This document shows, one piece after another, positions 38,701 to 49,955 of a stretch of DNA of 64,000 nucleotides (positions are counted from its first letter, which is position 1; every line of letters begins with the position of its first letter). Under the pieces are notes generated by a model. The model was not told the origin of the DNA, ran no database searches, and saw only the letters and a list, made by a program, of their open reading frames with translations. Origin of the DNA: Acanthaster planci (taxonomy: Eukaryota). Both the position numbers and the translations under genes were made by a program. The stretch is from the NCBI RefSeq assembly GCF_001949145.1, contig NW_019091355.1, forward strand, positions 2,069,107 through 2,133,106, in the 5' to 3' direction.

Positions 38701-41700
38701 TATCACCACTTTTGAGAGTGAAAAATACCGGTAATGCCCAGCAGCCTGGTCTTTTGTTCGGAGTGCAATCTTTTGTTACAGGGCCCTGTTTCCTTTGTCC
38801 GAGTTCGGAGACCCCGGCCACCCATTTAAACCATACCTCTCCGATCCCAGAGCCCCCCCCGGCAGGAATTGGTTAAAACAGGTTACCACACTTTTAATTC
38901 CTTCGTGCTGAGTGCTCAATCAAAGGAAATTTATTCACTACAACTGTGTACATGTATGGGCATAGACATAACTATTGGATTGATGAATTGATTGTATTAA
39001 TGTGAAAATCCCAGTCACATAGGTACAGTCTTCGCAGCTCACAGGACAGGTTGATCCTTAGTCATCCCTATCGTAGAACTAAGGCAACTTTGGAGACCGT
39101 GCACTGCTCCTAGGCTTTGGAACAACCTGCCCTTTCATGTAAAAAATGCTAAATCTGTCGACATATTCAAGATTGTTCTAAAAACTCATCTCTTTCATGA
39201 AGCTTTTTCCAACACCTGATTTTCATCTCTGCTAGTGATGGGTATTGTTATGCGCAGTTGAGTATATTTTTATAGTATCTGCGCAATATAAAATGTTCCT
39301 CATCGTTAAAATAGCTTACCCAGCACCGTCAGTAGGTGCACTGATAATTGTAAATGGCAGTCTGTGTACCAGCTTAATGACATGAAAAGTGGAGAATTGA
39401 GGCTCTTGTATGGGGAAATACATGTAGTACATGTGCAGATGTACGATACCTGTGTCCTTTTTTCCATTCAACCCAAAGGGCATTTGTTTGGATGGGAGAG
39501 TTCAGTATGTTTACACTGGAAATGTAAGAGCAGTTAAACGGATCGGCAAATGGCAGGCATTTGAAAAAGACATTTAAAAGATTTTATTGAGCTTCTGTTG
39601 AGGGAGGTACATGCAACTGTTTTGTCAGATTTCTTCTTCCCACCTCTCTACGAAATAGGGATTTTAATTGTCCAAACAAGGTTAAAAAAAAGTGACATGT
39701 TCATGTACAGGTAGGCACATGTATTTACATGCAAACCTAACGATTCTTGGTATGACCATCTTCCTTTTTGTCATGTAAACATGCGAATCCATGCGAGTCT
39801 CACTGGTGGTTTGTTGTTGCACCTCTCCCACAGGGAACTTCTACTGAATAACAATTACCTGCGAAGCCTGCCCTTTGAGATGGGCCGGCTGTTCCAGCTG
39901 CAGGTCCTCGGCCTTAAGGGGAACCCCCTGAACTCTGACGTACTTGGCATTTACAACGAGCACAACGGCACCCCCAGGTTACTGTCCTACATGCTTGACA
40001 ACATCAGCCGTAAGTTTACTTGGCAAATTTTGTTTGTCCTCGTCTTGACTAAACAAAAATTGACTCGCTGTCAACGTTAACTTCCTTTGCGCTGGAGAGT
40101 GGGGGCTATGTGTAGTAAACCCTTGTACATGGGCATTGACCAGCACCGTACTGTTTCATAAAATTAAACAGGCAATGGGAGTCTTCTTTTGAAAGAGAGT
40201 TTAGCTTTACAGAGAGAAGTATATGTTTGTACTGAGAGTTACAAAACATTGGCAGTCAGTGAAATTCTGGGAGCATATTTTGTCATGTCAAGAGTCTTGT
40301 ATATTTTAACCCTTTTGATGAGCTTATATGCCACTGAATTCTGCAGTTGAGTTGTTCTTAAGTGGAAAAGTTGTTATTTTGTTTTCCTTATTAAAGAAAA
40401 TGAAAAAGAGTTTGTTGCACTTAAATTTTTCATGTAAATTTGCAAACAGTTGATGGAACTCCAAATGTTGAGCATAATTAATTACGCTCAGTACAGCCTC
40501 TGTTCCAAGCTCAGTACATGGATTTTGCATATATCCTATATATCATATATAACAGTGTGAAAACAGGTGTCCTAGATTTGAACACATGCATGCGCTACAT
40601 ACACGGTTATTGATTCTGTTAGTGTGAGGTCCCATTGCTGAGGTGAACCCATGGCGTTAATACTGCCGGAAGTGTTAAATAGAAGTGATGTACAACATGA
40701 ACAGTATTGGTCTGTTGAACACATCTTGCATCACACAAATATGCTCGTGAATTTACATGTCCTGCTTGCTGTATCAGGTTTCAATTTGAAAAAGCGTCAT
40801 TTTTCGGTGCGTTCGTCTTGCCTCTGACCTTCACTGCTCCGTTAATACTGGCGATTCAAAAATAGTGTGCCTCCAGGAGTTTGAAATGTGTTGACCAATC
40901 ACAGGGCTTAAAATCTGTCGACGCTTTCCAAATGCACATTGGGTTGACAGATTTCGCACACTGTGATTGGTCAACGCATTGCGAACTCTTGGAGGCGCAC
41001 TATTGTGAAACGCCTGTATTAAAGGACACACATGTACATTTAAATGGGCCTTCGCCCTAACTTTCCCCAACCACACAGAATTAAACAGTAGCAAAGTGTG
41101 TAATTCTGTGGGGATAGGTCTGGTAGGCCCATAACAGCTGGCTTTTGCATTAGGTTTGGCATACCTCAAGAAAAACAAAGTCCAACAGCCTCCGTGCACC
41201 AAGTCCCATATGGGTGTTGAACTTTGTGTGAATGGGGAAGGTTAGGGCCAGCAACCCGTGGGGGAGGGGTTAGGGTTAAGAAGTATGCAGTCATGATTAA
41301 ATAGAAACAGATGACAAGTGTGGGATTGGTTGTATCCTTGGCTTCCTGGAATCCATGACATGATGAGAACATTGCTGTCACATTCCCCCTGTGTGTGTAA
41401 GGTGAAAGAATGACTTGGTAAACCCTGCATCTCATCTCTCAACATGACCTTACATTAGTCCGTTTTTTGGGATTCTATCTTTTTGTAGCCCCCAACACAT
41501 TACCCCCAACGAGACCATGGATTCACATCAACGACCCTGACAGGTCAAGGCCAGCTGGTAGGTGTTGCTTTTAGATTTTTCACTGAATTGACCCTCTCCC
41601 AGTTGAGAGTGGGAATTTACGTTTAATTCGAAAACTGTTTAGAAAACTTTCCCATTACCGTTTAAACATTTAAACATTTAACCAACACTTTACAGAGGCC

Positions 41701-44700
41701 ACCACTGCCTATCTCGGGGTTTTCATATAATTATATAGTTAAACAATGCACATGGACCAACCAATGTAAAAATGTAGATTGATATTGGGGCATTAGCTTT
41801 AGAATCCCTTTTTTTGTTCTCAAAAAGTACATGGATGCCGAAAGGGGGAAAAACAGTATAACATCGTTTTTATAAAAATGGACCTCAGATTGCATCAATC
41901 AAAACATCAAACCTCTAAAAGCGACCGTTCCATTCAAGCGTTTGGCAAAATCTGTTAACGGGTTTAAACTTTTTTCATTTTAACGTGTGAACGCCCCACC
42001 CTTACTCCAAGTTCAAGTAAGTTTATGTGAATAGGAAATAGGCCCAGCAGTCTTTGCATGTATGTAGGTATATGAGGTCCTGAAATGCAGTTTTCAGAAA
42101 AGTTGGATGCATGATGCTGCACATTGCATATTTATTTATTTTTAAAAATGTAATTATTCAAGTCTTTCTGGTAATGAAACCAAGGGCTCTTCAAAAGTGC
42201 CGTAGGCACCGTAGCTTGAAAGCTTGAAGAAATCTGTAGAGAGGAGACACTGAGAAGAAGTTACAGTTTTAGAGGTGGGAGGAAAACCCCAGAAGAATAT
42301 TCTGAGTAAAACCCAAGAAATCAGGCAGGGACTGAAAACCCAATCCACATGTGAACCGTGCCGCGAATTGAACCCTGGACCACAGAGGTGGAAGCGAGGA
42401 AAGAACCACTATGCCAACCTGACCCCCAAGATTTGAATTTTCAGGTTACCTTCTTAACCCTAACAGTCCCGAATGCTACAGAGTACTACTTAGTAGCAAA
42501 ACGTAGTACTCAGCCCTGTCGCTTGTAAGAGGACGTGGCATTATTATTCTCTGAAGCCATAAAATACAATAGAGAAGACAATGTACCATACAGTGCTGTG
42601 GCACTATGATTGCATGGTTTCATTGTTCTCTGTACGAGTAACAATGGAATAAACCTAGCCAGAAATAGTAATCTGTAGCGCTAGGTCCTTCGGGCTCAGA
42701 GTGTTACATTGTATTTTGTAGTACTGAGTACACTAAGCCAAACAACACCCGATACTGTCAGGGTTAAAAAGTAAATGAAAGGTCCTACTCATCCTGTTTG
42801 TTCTGATCAGGGGCAGTGCTTACATTAGTTTACAAATAAGGCAATGGTAAATTGAGACCGGAACCAAAGAACTCAACTTTTAGCTTTGTATGGTACGTGC
42901 CTTGTACAAAATTTGCAAACAATGAGAGAAAAGAGTTGCACAGTCCAACAAATCGCCGTCAAAACAATAACCGTTGTACACGGTAGCCCCGTGAGTGCTG
43001 GTCCAGTCGTAAAGATCAGTGTTCAGATTCTACTCGACCCAGTGTTGCAGTGTGAAGGTGTTGCGTTACAGTCATGTATTGTGCATGCTTCATTAAATTG
43101 GGGGGGGGAGGAGAGTTTCAAGTGTCCTTGGCATTCGGGCCAGCCACTCTGGTGAGTAAGGTCAAAGGGATCAAGTATCCGGAAAACCAAATTCAAAGCG
43201 AGGGAAAAGGGGAAAAAAGGGAAGTGCAAGTCCAGGATCCAGATGAAGTAGTTTTACATTTCATTGAACTGATTTGGTAGCGTGTTCAATGCATTGAGCT
43301 TTCTCAGTATTTTGCCTATGATATAGTTACAGGTGCTAGTACATGTATATTAATATCACTTTTTGTTCAGACAAATATGGTAAATGGCCAAAAAATGTCT
43401 GATGTTTGCCTAAATGGTTTCACCTGGTGAAGACTGTGGTGTGCATTTGTAGATACTGAAGGAACCAAGTACGCCATTGAAATGAAACACAGATACTTGG
43501 TTACCTTTAAAGCAACCCACCGCGAAATCTATTGGAGCATTTTGCGTGTTCTGGCTTCTGTGTAGCCACTTCTTAAATGAAACCTTTTTGAAATAATTCT
43601 CTTTCTTATCGTGACAAGTTGCTTTAATAGTTAGTTGTTAGATTGGTTTCGAGCAACAGGTGCCAATCCACACCCCCCTGTGTGGAGTTGTCATCTGGTT
43701 GTTGGACCATTTCTCTTCCCATTTTCCCCGCTCCAGCAATATTCTCGGTCATGAGCTACAATGTCCTGTGCGACAAGTACGCCACCAAGCAGCTGTACGG
43801 CTACTGCCCGACCTGGGCCTTGAGCTGGGACTACCGGCGCAAGGGCATCATGGACGAGATCCTGCATGCCAGCGCCGACCTGATCTGCCTGCAAGAGGTG
43901 GAGACGGACCAGTACTTCAACTTCTTCTACCCCTCCCTGCACAAGCACGGCTACGACGGCGTCTTCAGCCCCAAGTCCCGGGCCAAGACTATGTCCGAGC
44001 ATGAGCGGAAGTACGTGGACGGCTGCGCCATCTTCTTCAGGACGAGCAAGTACGATGCAATTTTTCATTTGATTTCGTCCACCTGGACAATCACTGTTAG
44101 GGTATGACCCAGTTGAAAAAAGGATGCTATACAGATGATGGCCTGTGAGTATCATATTCGGTGTCACATTTATTTCTTTGTGGACCAGGTTCGGTTTGGT
44201 AAAGGAACACCTTGTAGAGTTCAATCAGCTGGCGATGGCAAATGCCGACGGCAATGAGGACATGCTGAACAGAGTCATGACCAAGGATAACATCGGCCTG
44301 GCCGTCCTGCTGGAGACGAGAGCCGGATGCTACGATAGCTCAGGTAAGCGGAGCAGAACCGACGAGCTTCCAATGTCTTGGATTTAGCTCTCGGAAACAG
44401 CAGGCCTTCTTCCAGTATCCAGTGGTCCGTTACATCATCCAAATCCTTTCAATTTTTTGCTATCCATGACTGCCCCTTGCTCAAAAACACAACAACGGTG
44501 GAGGTCAGCAACAAATTATATCTTATTTTAGAAAGAGCACACTTCAAGGAATGCCAGGTTATTGCCTTGATATGCAAATGGCACCTCCAGTTTTATTTCC
44601 TTCAAGTCTTTGCTGATAAGATATGACATTCCCAAAGCCCTATGTGCAGAAAATACTGGCATATATCTGGCTGATTGGCTCAAAATTGCTCCCAAGGAGC

Positions 44701-46715
44701 ATAGGTTGAGAAGCACTGGCTACTAAATGCATTATCAGAGCTTTCAACTTGAAAATCAGCATGTCACAATTATGAGAAGCATCTTGGTCTCAGACCGCTG
44801 TCATTAAGACTGACTTTAGGCCTTGTGAAAAACAGTATCGAAATTAGAAGATTCAGGGTGATGGGATGAGGTTATAAGAGATGATGCTCATGGCTCAGCT
44901 GTTTAAATCTTCATTTCCCTCCCGCCTTTCCCTTGACCAGCACCCGCCCCCGACAACGCCCGGCAACTCATGCTGGTGGCCAACGTGCATATCCACTGGG
45001 ACCCGGAGTACAGCGATGTCAAGTTGATCCAAACCATCATGTTCATGAACGAGCTCAAGAAGATCATGGACGAAGAGTCGGTCAGCTTCCGGCCCGGCGG
45101 CACGCCCCGTTCCCAGGACACGTGCCCGATTCCGCTGGTCCTGTGTGGGGATCTCAACTCCTTGCCGGACTCAGGTACCTGGAAGTTAGTGTAGTCTGTC
45201 AAGAGGGAGTTGTGACAACTTCCAGTTTGAAGCCATTTTGGTTCCAAAATCCACATGCGCATGTATGCATTACACAATCAGTCCTCTAACTTTGATTCCA
45301 AGCAATGTTATTTACAGTCTTTTTCTCATCGATTAATTCCATGTCATGCACAACAACCTAAGGTTTTGGAAACAAAATGTCATCATTCACCACATTTTGC
45401 ACAACTTCACGTCAATGTATTTGTATGTGGCTGTGCTTCTGGCTACCGTGTGAAGAAAGGAACTAGTAGTTGCAACAAATCAGAAATTATTTTTCAGCAA
45501 ATGTGTGATTAGTTAGCCTGTTCTGTTTGTTAGCAAAACTTAGCTGAGAGGGGACACATCGAGTACTACTTTGACTTCAGTTTTGCCAAGCAAATTATTT
45601 CTCTGCTTAGCAAATTTCTGAAGTGAGCACGTTTAAAGAATCAACTCCTGACCTTTCCCAGCTTCATACTTCAGCTAAGTTGCAAATCTTGCTTAGCAGG
45701 ATAGTTCCGGCCACAAGTTTGGCTGGTAATCTGTTTTTGCAAATCTCGTGCTTCATATTTTCCCCCTGTGCCTCCACAGGTGTCCTGGAGTACTTGGAGA
45801 ACGGCAAGGTCTCAGTCCACCATGAGGACTTCAAGGACATCCACTACAAGGTTCTGCGCAACTTCTCCAGCAGCACAGAGTCCAACGGTCACATCACCCA
45901 TCCCTTCTCGCTCCGCCGGGCCTACCACAACCAGCCCATGCAGTACACCAACTACACCTACGAGTTCAAGGGTGTCATCGATTACATTTTCACCTCCAGC
46001 AACTTCATGTCCACGCTGGGCGTGTTAGGGCCCGTGGAGCAGGAGTGGTTAGACCAGGTATCACGAGGCTTTTACCAACTTACCAGTTGAACCGTAACTG
46101 AAACCAATGCTAATGCATAGGTCACGTCACCCTCCCACATCACACAGCATTATTAATTGAATCGTTACTGAAACCAGTTCTAATGCTGAATCGTGAATTT
46201 GCATCGTGAAACTTCAGAATCCAGAGATTTCATCGAGGAACGTAGATCCCCAAGCCCTCTTTCTTCTATAAGTAAGAAAGTGCCATTGGAAGATCATGGA
46301 AGATTCCAGAAGGTCCTAGCAAAAAATGAGCGGGGAATTTGATGGTTGTCATATTGCACTGTATACGCCTTGAATAAATGAATCCTTTAGGTCATGATTA
46401 GAAAAACATGGAATGAGAAAGTAGAGCCACCATGGTCAGTAAGCCTTGTTGAGGATTACAACTGATTTTGAAGTGAGGAAAAATAGCTTGAAATGTCGAC
46501 AACGTCATATCCAATTGTGCGACTAGTTTCCTGACCATTTTTGGTCCTTTCCTCTTCTCTTCCTCTTCCAGTCAAAGATTGTCGGCTGTCCGCACGCCAG
46601 TGTCCCTTCAGACCACTTCTCGTTGCTGACGGAGTTTGAGATGCCTTACCTCCCCCCAGGAAGCTCCGCCCCCAACACCAGCACCAGTGGCAGTTTCAGC
46701 ATCGTCAGGCGGTAG
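35786..46715 (+). CDS. CNOT6: CCR4-NOT deadenylase subunit CNOT6/CNOT6L (LRR + EEP nuclease), 559 aa; exons 35786-36096, 39834-40009, 41489-41557, 43737-44049, 44189-44343, 44941-45174, 45780-46057, 46572-46715
   Basis: MPKD…LRRs (LTALYLNDNNL, LDLSANKLRSLP, ELLLNNNYLRSLPFE), SYNVLCDKYA, LQEVET, DGCAIFF, HIHWDPEYSDVK, CGDLNS, IDYIF, PSDHF. All junctions in frame (1680 nt). Confidence 0.97.
36786..36961. mobile_element. ~176-bp palindromic MITE, family A copy 2
   Basis: AATACGGGCGATT … AATCGCCCGTATT foldback, homologous to 13465-13640. Confidence 0.88.
37297..37690. repeat. Perfect 27-bp hairpin fused to a ~165-bp tandem repeat (2 full units + start of a third)
   Basis: Arms 37297-37323 and 37326-37352 (AGGTTTGGTACTGTTCAGTGCAAGTCA-CC-reverse complement). 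Units begin (A/G)GTACCAAACCTG at 37341, 37509 and 37671. Confidence 0.9.
40844..41020. mobile_element. ~176-bp palindromic MITE, family A copy 3
   Basis: AATACTGGCGATTC … GAAACGCCTGTATT foldback, homologous to copies 1 and 2. Confidence 0.85.
42129..42427 (-). mobile_element. tRNA-derived SINE
   Basis: Minus strand: A box TGGCATAGTGG (42416-42406), B box GGTTCAATTC (42374-42365), central GGTTTTCCTCCCAC core and (AAAT)n tail. Confidence 0.75.
42458..42763 (+). mobile_element. piggyBac-like MITE (306 bp)
   Basis: TTAA at 42454-42457 and 42764-42767. TIRs CCCTAACAGT / ACTGTCAGGG. Confidence 0.85.
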
Positions 46716-47222
46716 CACAAGGGCGTCATGAGCGAGGGGCAATGTGAATATATTTTTTCCCCCGTCGCCGGCACCGTATTTTTCAGAAGGCCCCGGCGAC
46801 CCTGCCTCCGTCATCAACCGTTATGACTTTTTAGGTGTAATCTGATTTGTACTTGTACAGGCATGTAAAAAAAAAAAAAAATACTAAAGGAAAAACAGAA
46901 ACTTTAATGAATGAGAATATTTTAATGTTGAATTCGGGCCGGGCATTGCCAAGGTAATGCCTTCAGAGCTGTTGACTTCAAACATAACTCTCATTTTTCT
47001 CTGGTCTCTTATTCTTCATCTTGAGATACACGTAGTAGCGAACTCAGTGTCGACAATATGCTGAGTGTTGCATGGCTCAACGGGGCTCTCATGTAGCAAG
47101 ACTTGGGTTCGTAAAAACCTGGAAATATCAGTCCCATTAAGCTCTGGTACCAGGCACTGATTTCACTCCGTCACTGCAAATTTCAAGCAGTAAGTCTGCA
47201 GCTGAATCTGTTGTCTAGAGCT

Positions 47223-47467
47223 AGGGCCGTTTTCCAATACTCGACTTCGTGTCCGTCTCAGGCTTCGTCCCCAAAACCAATTCCCGATTGTGGGCCTGAA
47301 GCGTTTAAATTACATTGGATTACTGTCATTCTTGGCTTTCTTGGATCTTGTTTGATGTTCTGTGGCATTATTAGACTGATTACTGCACTTACAGTTTCAA
47401 AGTCAGCTAGTAAAAAGACAAATGAAGCCTGAGACGGAGCCCAAGTTGAGTATTGGAAAACCGCCCT
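47223..47467. mobile_element. MITE with ~45-bp TIRs (Harbinger-like GGGC terminus) downstream of the CNOT6 stop
   Basis: AGGGCCGTTTTCCAATACTCGACTT…CCGTCTCAGGCTTC / GAAGCCTGAGACGG…AAGTTGAGTATTGGAAAACCGCCCT. Confidence 0.75.
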
Positions 47468-49548
47468 GGTCTTCACTCCCATTTGAAATACACGAAGAAG
47501 CGCAGACAGTAGACCTAGCCATAGCTCTGGAAGCCCATTTCAGACATGGCCTAAAGCTACTCCACGGCAAGCTCTTGGTGCTGATTGTTCTGAGTCCCGT
47601 TAGATGGTATCCATTCCAATTCCAACACAGACAAATTGGGGGATTCACGATGTCAGTGGCCTCTCTTTAGTCTCCTCAAGTCACGCTTTCCGATGATTTT
47701 TTTTCCCAGAGAGAAAAAGGGAACAAAAGCCGATGTTTATACAGATTCTTCCGACGCCCTCACCAAACCGTGCCCACCTCTATCCCAGCCAATTCCTGCA
47801 AACACCAGCCTCAAGCATATCTTTTCCTGATCGTCGTCGTGGCTTTTTCTGCGATTATATTCGTTGCTGTGCTGCTGTATTCGACATGTTGATGCCTTGA
47901 AACTGACTTGCTCCTGTAATCAATTATCGAGCCTGGGGCCACAGTGCAAAGAGACCAAAAGATCAAGCCTGTGTGGATGGAGCTTTAGATCTCTGTTCTA
48001 CAGAGCCCTGCCAAATCATCCAACACTCGGCATATTTCCTCAATAACTTTGATTCTCTCGTTTCTTCTCAATTGTTAAGGGTGTGGTGTTTTGAAATTGT
48101 TGAAACTGATAACATTTTTTTGTCTGTACATTGTGTTGTGTTTTATCTGTTTAGCATTCCGTCTAGGTACACTTATTGGTGAATCAGTACTCTCTGTAGG
48201 GGTTTTCTTGACTAGTTGTGATTATTGTTGTTTGCAATACTTGGGATTGGCATCAAGAGGGTTTCTGTTGCAAACTTTTTTTTTTCTGGGTAATGAAGGG
48301 GTTTGTTGTGTCCTTCAGTTGGTGCCATTGATGTATCCTCAAGTGTCAAGTTTTGTCAGTAATGTTCGAGTTGTGTTACGTGCATCCATTTGTTCAAATT
48401 GGTGTGTTTGTTTTGGGTTTTTTTCTTCAAATGTTGACCTGTTCCATCTCCAACCTCTGAATTGAAAATCTGGTCTCAGCTGGTTGTTCACTTCACCCAC
48501 TGAAAATGTGAGGGTAGACGAGTGTCAGTCCGACCATCTTCTCCATTTTCAGGAATGCAAATGTGTCATAGAATAGTGTACAAAACACCGCTGTGAAATT
48601 AATACCGCTGATTTGCAAATTGATTGTTGAAACCTGAATTGTTTGGGGAGAACCTTTTAGATGGAACCTTTCAGTTCACTTGGCAGAGCAGGACAGCCAT
48701 GTCCCGTAATATCAAGTTTTTAAATTATGAATATAACGTATGAATGCAATGTTTCCCACTTTTGAAGTGATTTTTTTCCAAAAGAATTTTCATCTGTTTT
48801 GTTTTTCTTCTTTACGTGGATGGTGCTCAAATTCGTTTTTTGAGCCCCGATGTTTAAAAGTGATAAATTTCTCGGCAAAGCCAAATTTTGGAAGTACAGA
48901 TTTTTGTTCCTTTCAATTGATTGATTGCTTTTGTATGAAAACATATCATGTGGAATTTCTCTATTATTTTCTCGACAGAATAATTGCGCCCAGAATTTGG
49001 GGCGTCTTTATAAGAATTTCAGAGTCAGTGAGAACACCAGCTTTTATAAATGACTGTACACAGTAATTGGAGCGAAAATTATGAAAAAGTATGAATTCTT
49101 TATGTAATTAATGATGTAGCCTAAATTGAGACTGAGCGGTTTTGTTCAGTGGTTTCTTCTTTTTTTATGTCTTGAAATTGGCTCATTACAACCCTGTTGT
49201 CTGTAGTTTTGTGTAAGGGACCAAGTGCATATGCTGCGTGTGCTAACACAAAGTGGCTAAAATAGTTTTTAATCCCTTAGTTTCTGCAGGATTCCAAGTT
49301 CGGAATTGTGTAGCTCATTGTTTTGCTGACTAACTGGTCATAGATAGTTACAAGTTACTGACGGTCAGCATTTGGCACATTTCATTTGGAGGTGGACATA
49401 ACCAGAAGTATTTCTTGCCACTGAAAACAGACAAGACCCGTTACAAGTAAATATGGTAAAGTATATTTCATAATTGTGCTTGGAATTTGGCCTTTTTTTA
49501 GGTAACAGACATGAGAACTTCAAACTTGCTGAATATAGGTTTATTTGG

Positions 49549-49955
49549 AATAGAGGGATCTCACATTAGCACCGTCTGCGCATATCTGCATCGAAACCAA
49601 GGCTCTCTGTGTTGAACTTCGTCGTGCGTGCGTCCACACAGTACATGGAGTATCCGGTTCGTAAGTGTGACGCCACTTCAGTTTAAACCACGCCCACTAC
49701 ACAAGATACATGACCATCGCAGGTACGTTAGTTCACGGTCAATTGAGGNNNNNNNNNNNNNNNNNNNNNNNNNNNNNNNNNNNNNNNNNNNNNNNNNNNN
49801 NNNNNNNNNNNNNACCTTTATGTATTTTGTGTCTTAACTCCTTACTTTCAATCATCTGATCCTATTAAGAATTGAAGCTGACACATACAGCCTCGTTTTC
49901 AAACGCGGAAGTGCGCAGATCGACGTTAAAAGCGTCGTATTGGGATCCCTCTATT
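49549..49955. mobile_element. MITE with AATAG…CTATT ends spanning a gap
   Basis: AATAGAGGGATC … GATCCCTCTATT, plus inner inverted TCTGCGCA / TGCGCAGA. Confidence 0.7.

Noticed and set aside
42360..42427. tRNA gene
   Set aside because: A and B boxes are present but there is no convincing cloverleaf, and it continues into a SINE body and AAAT tail.
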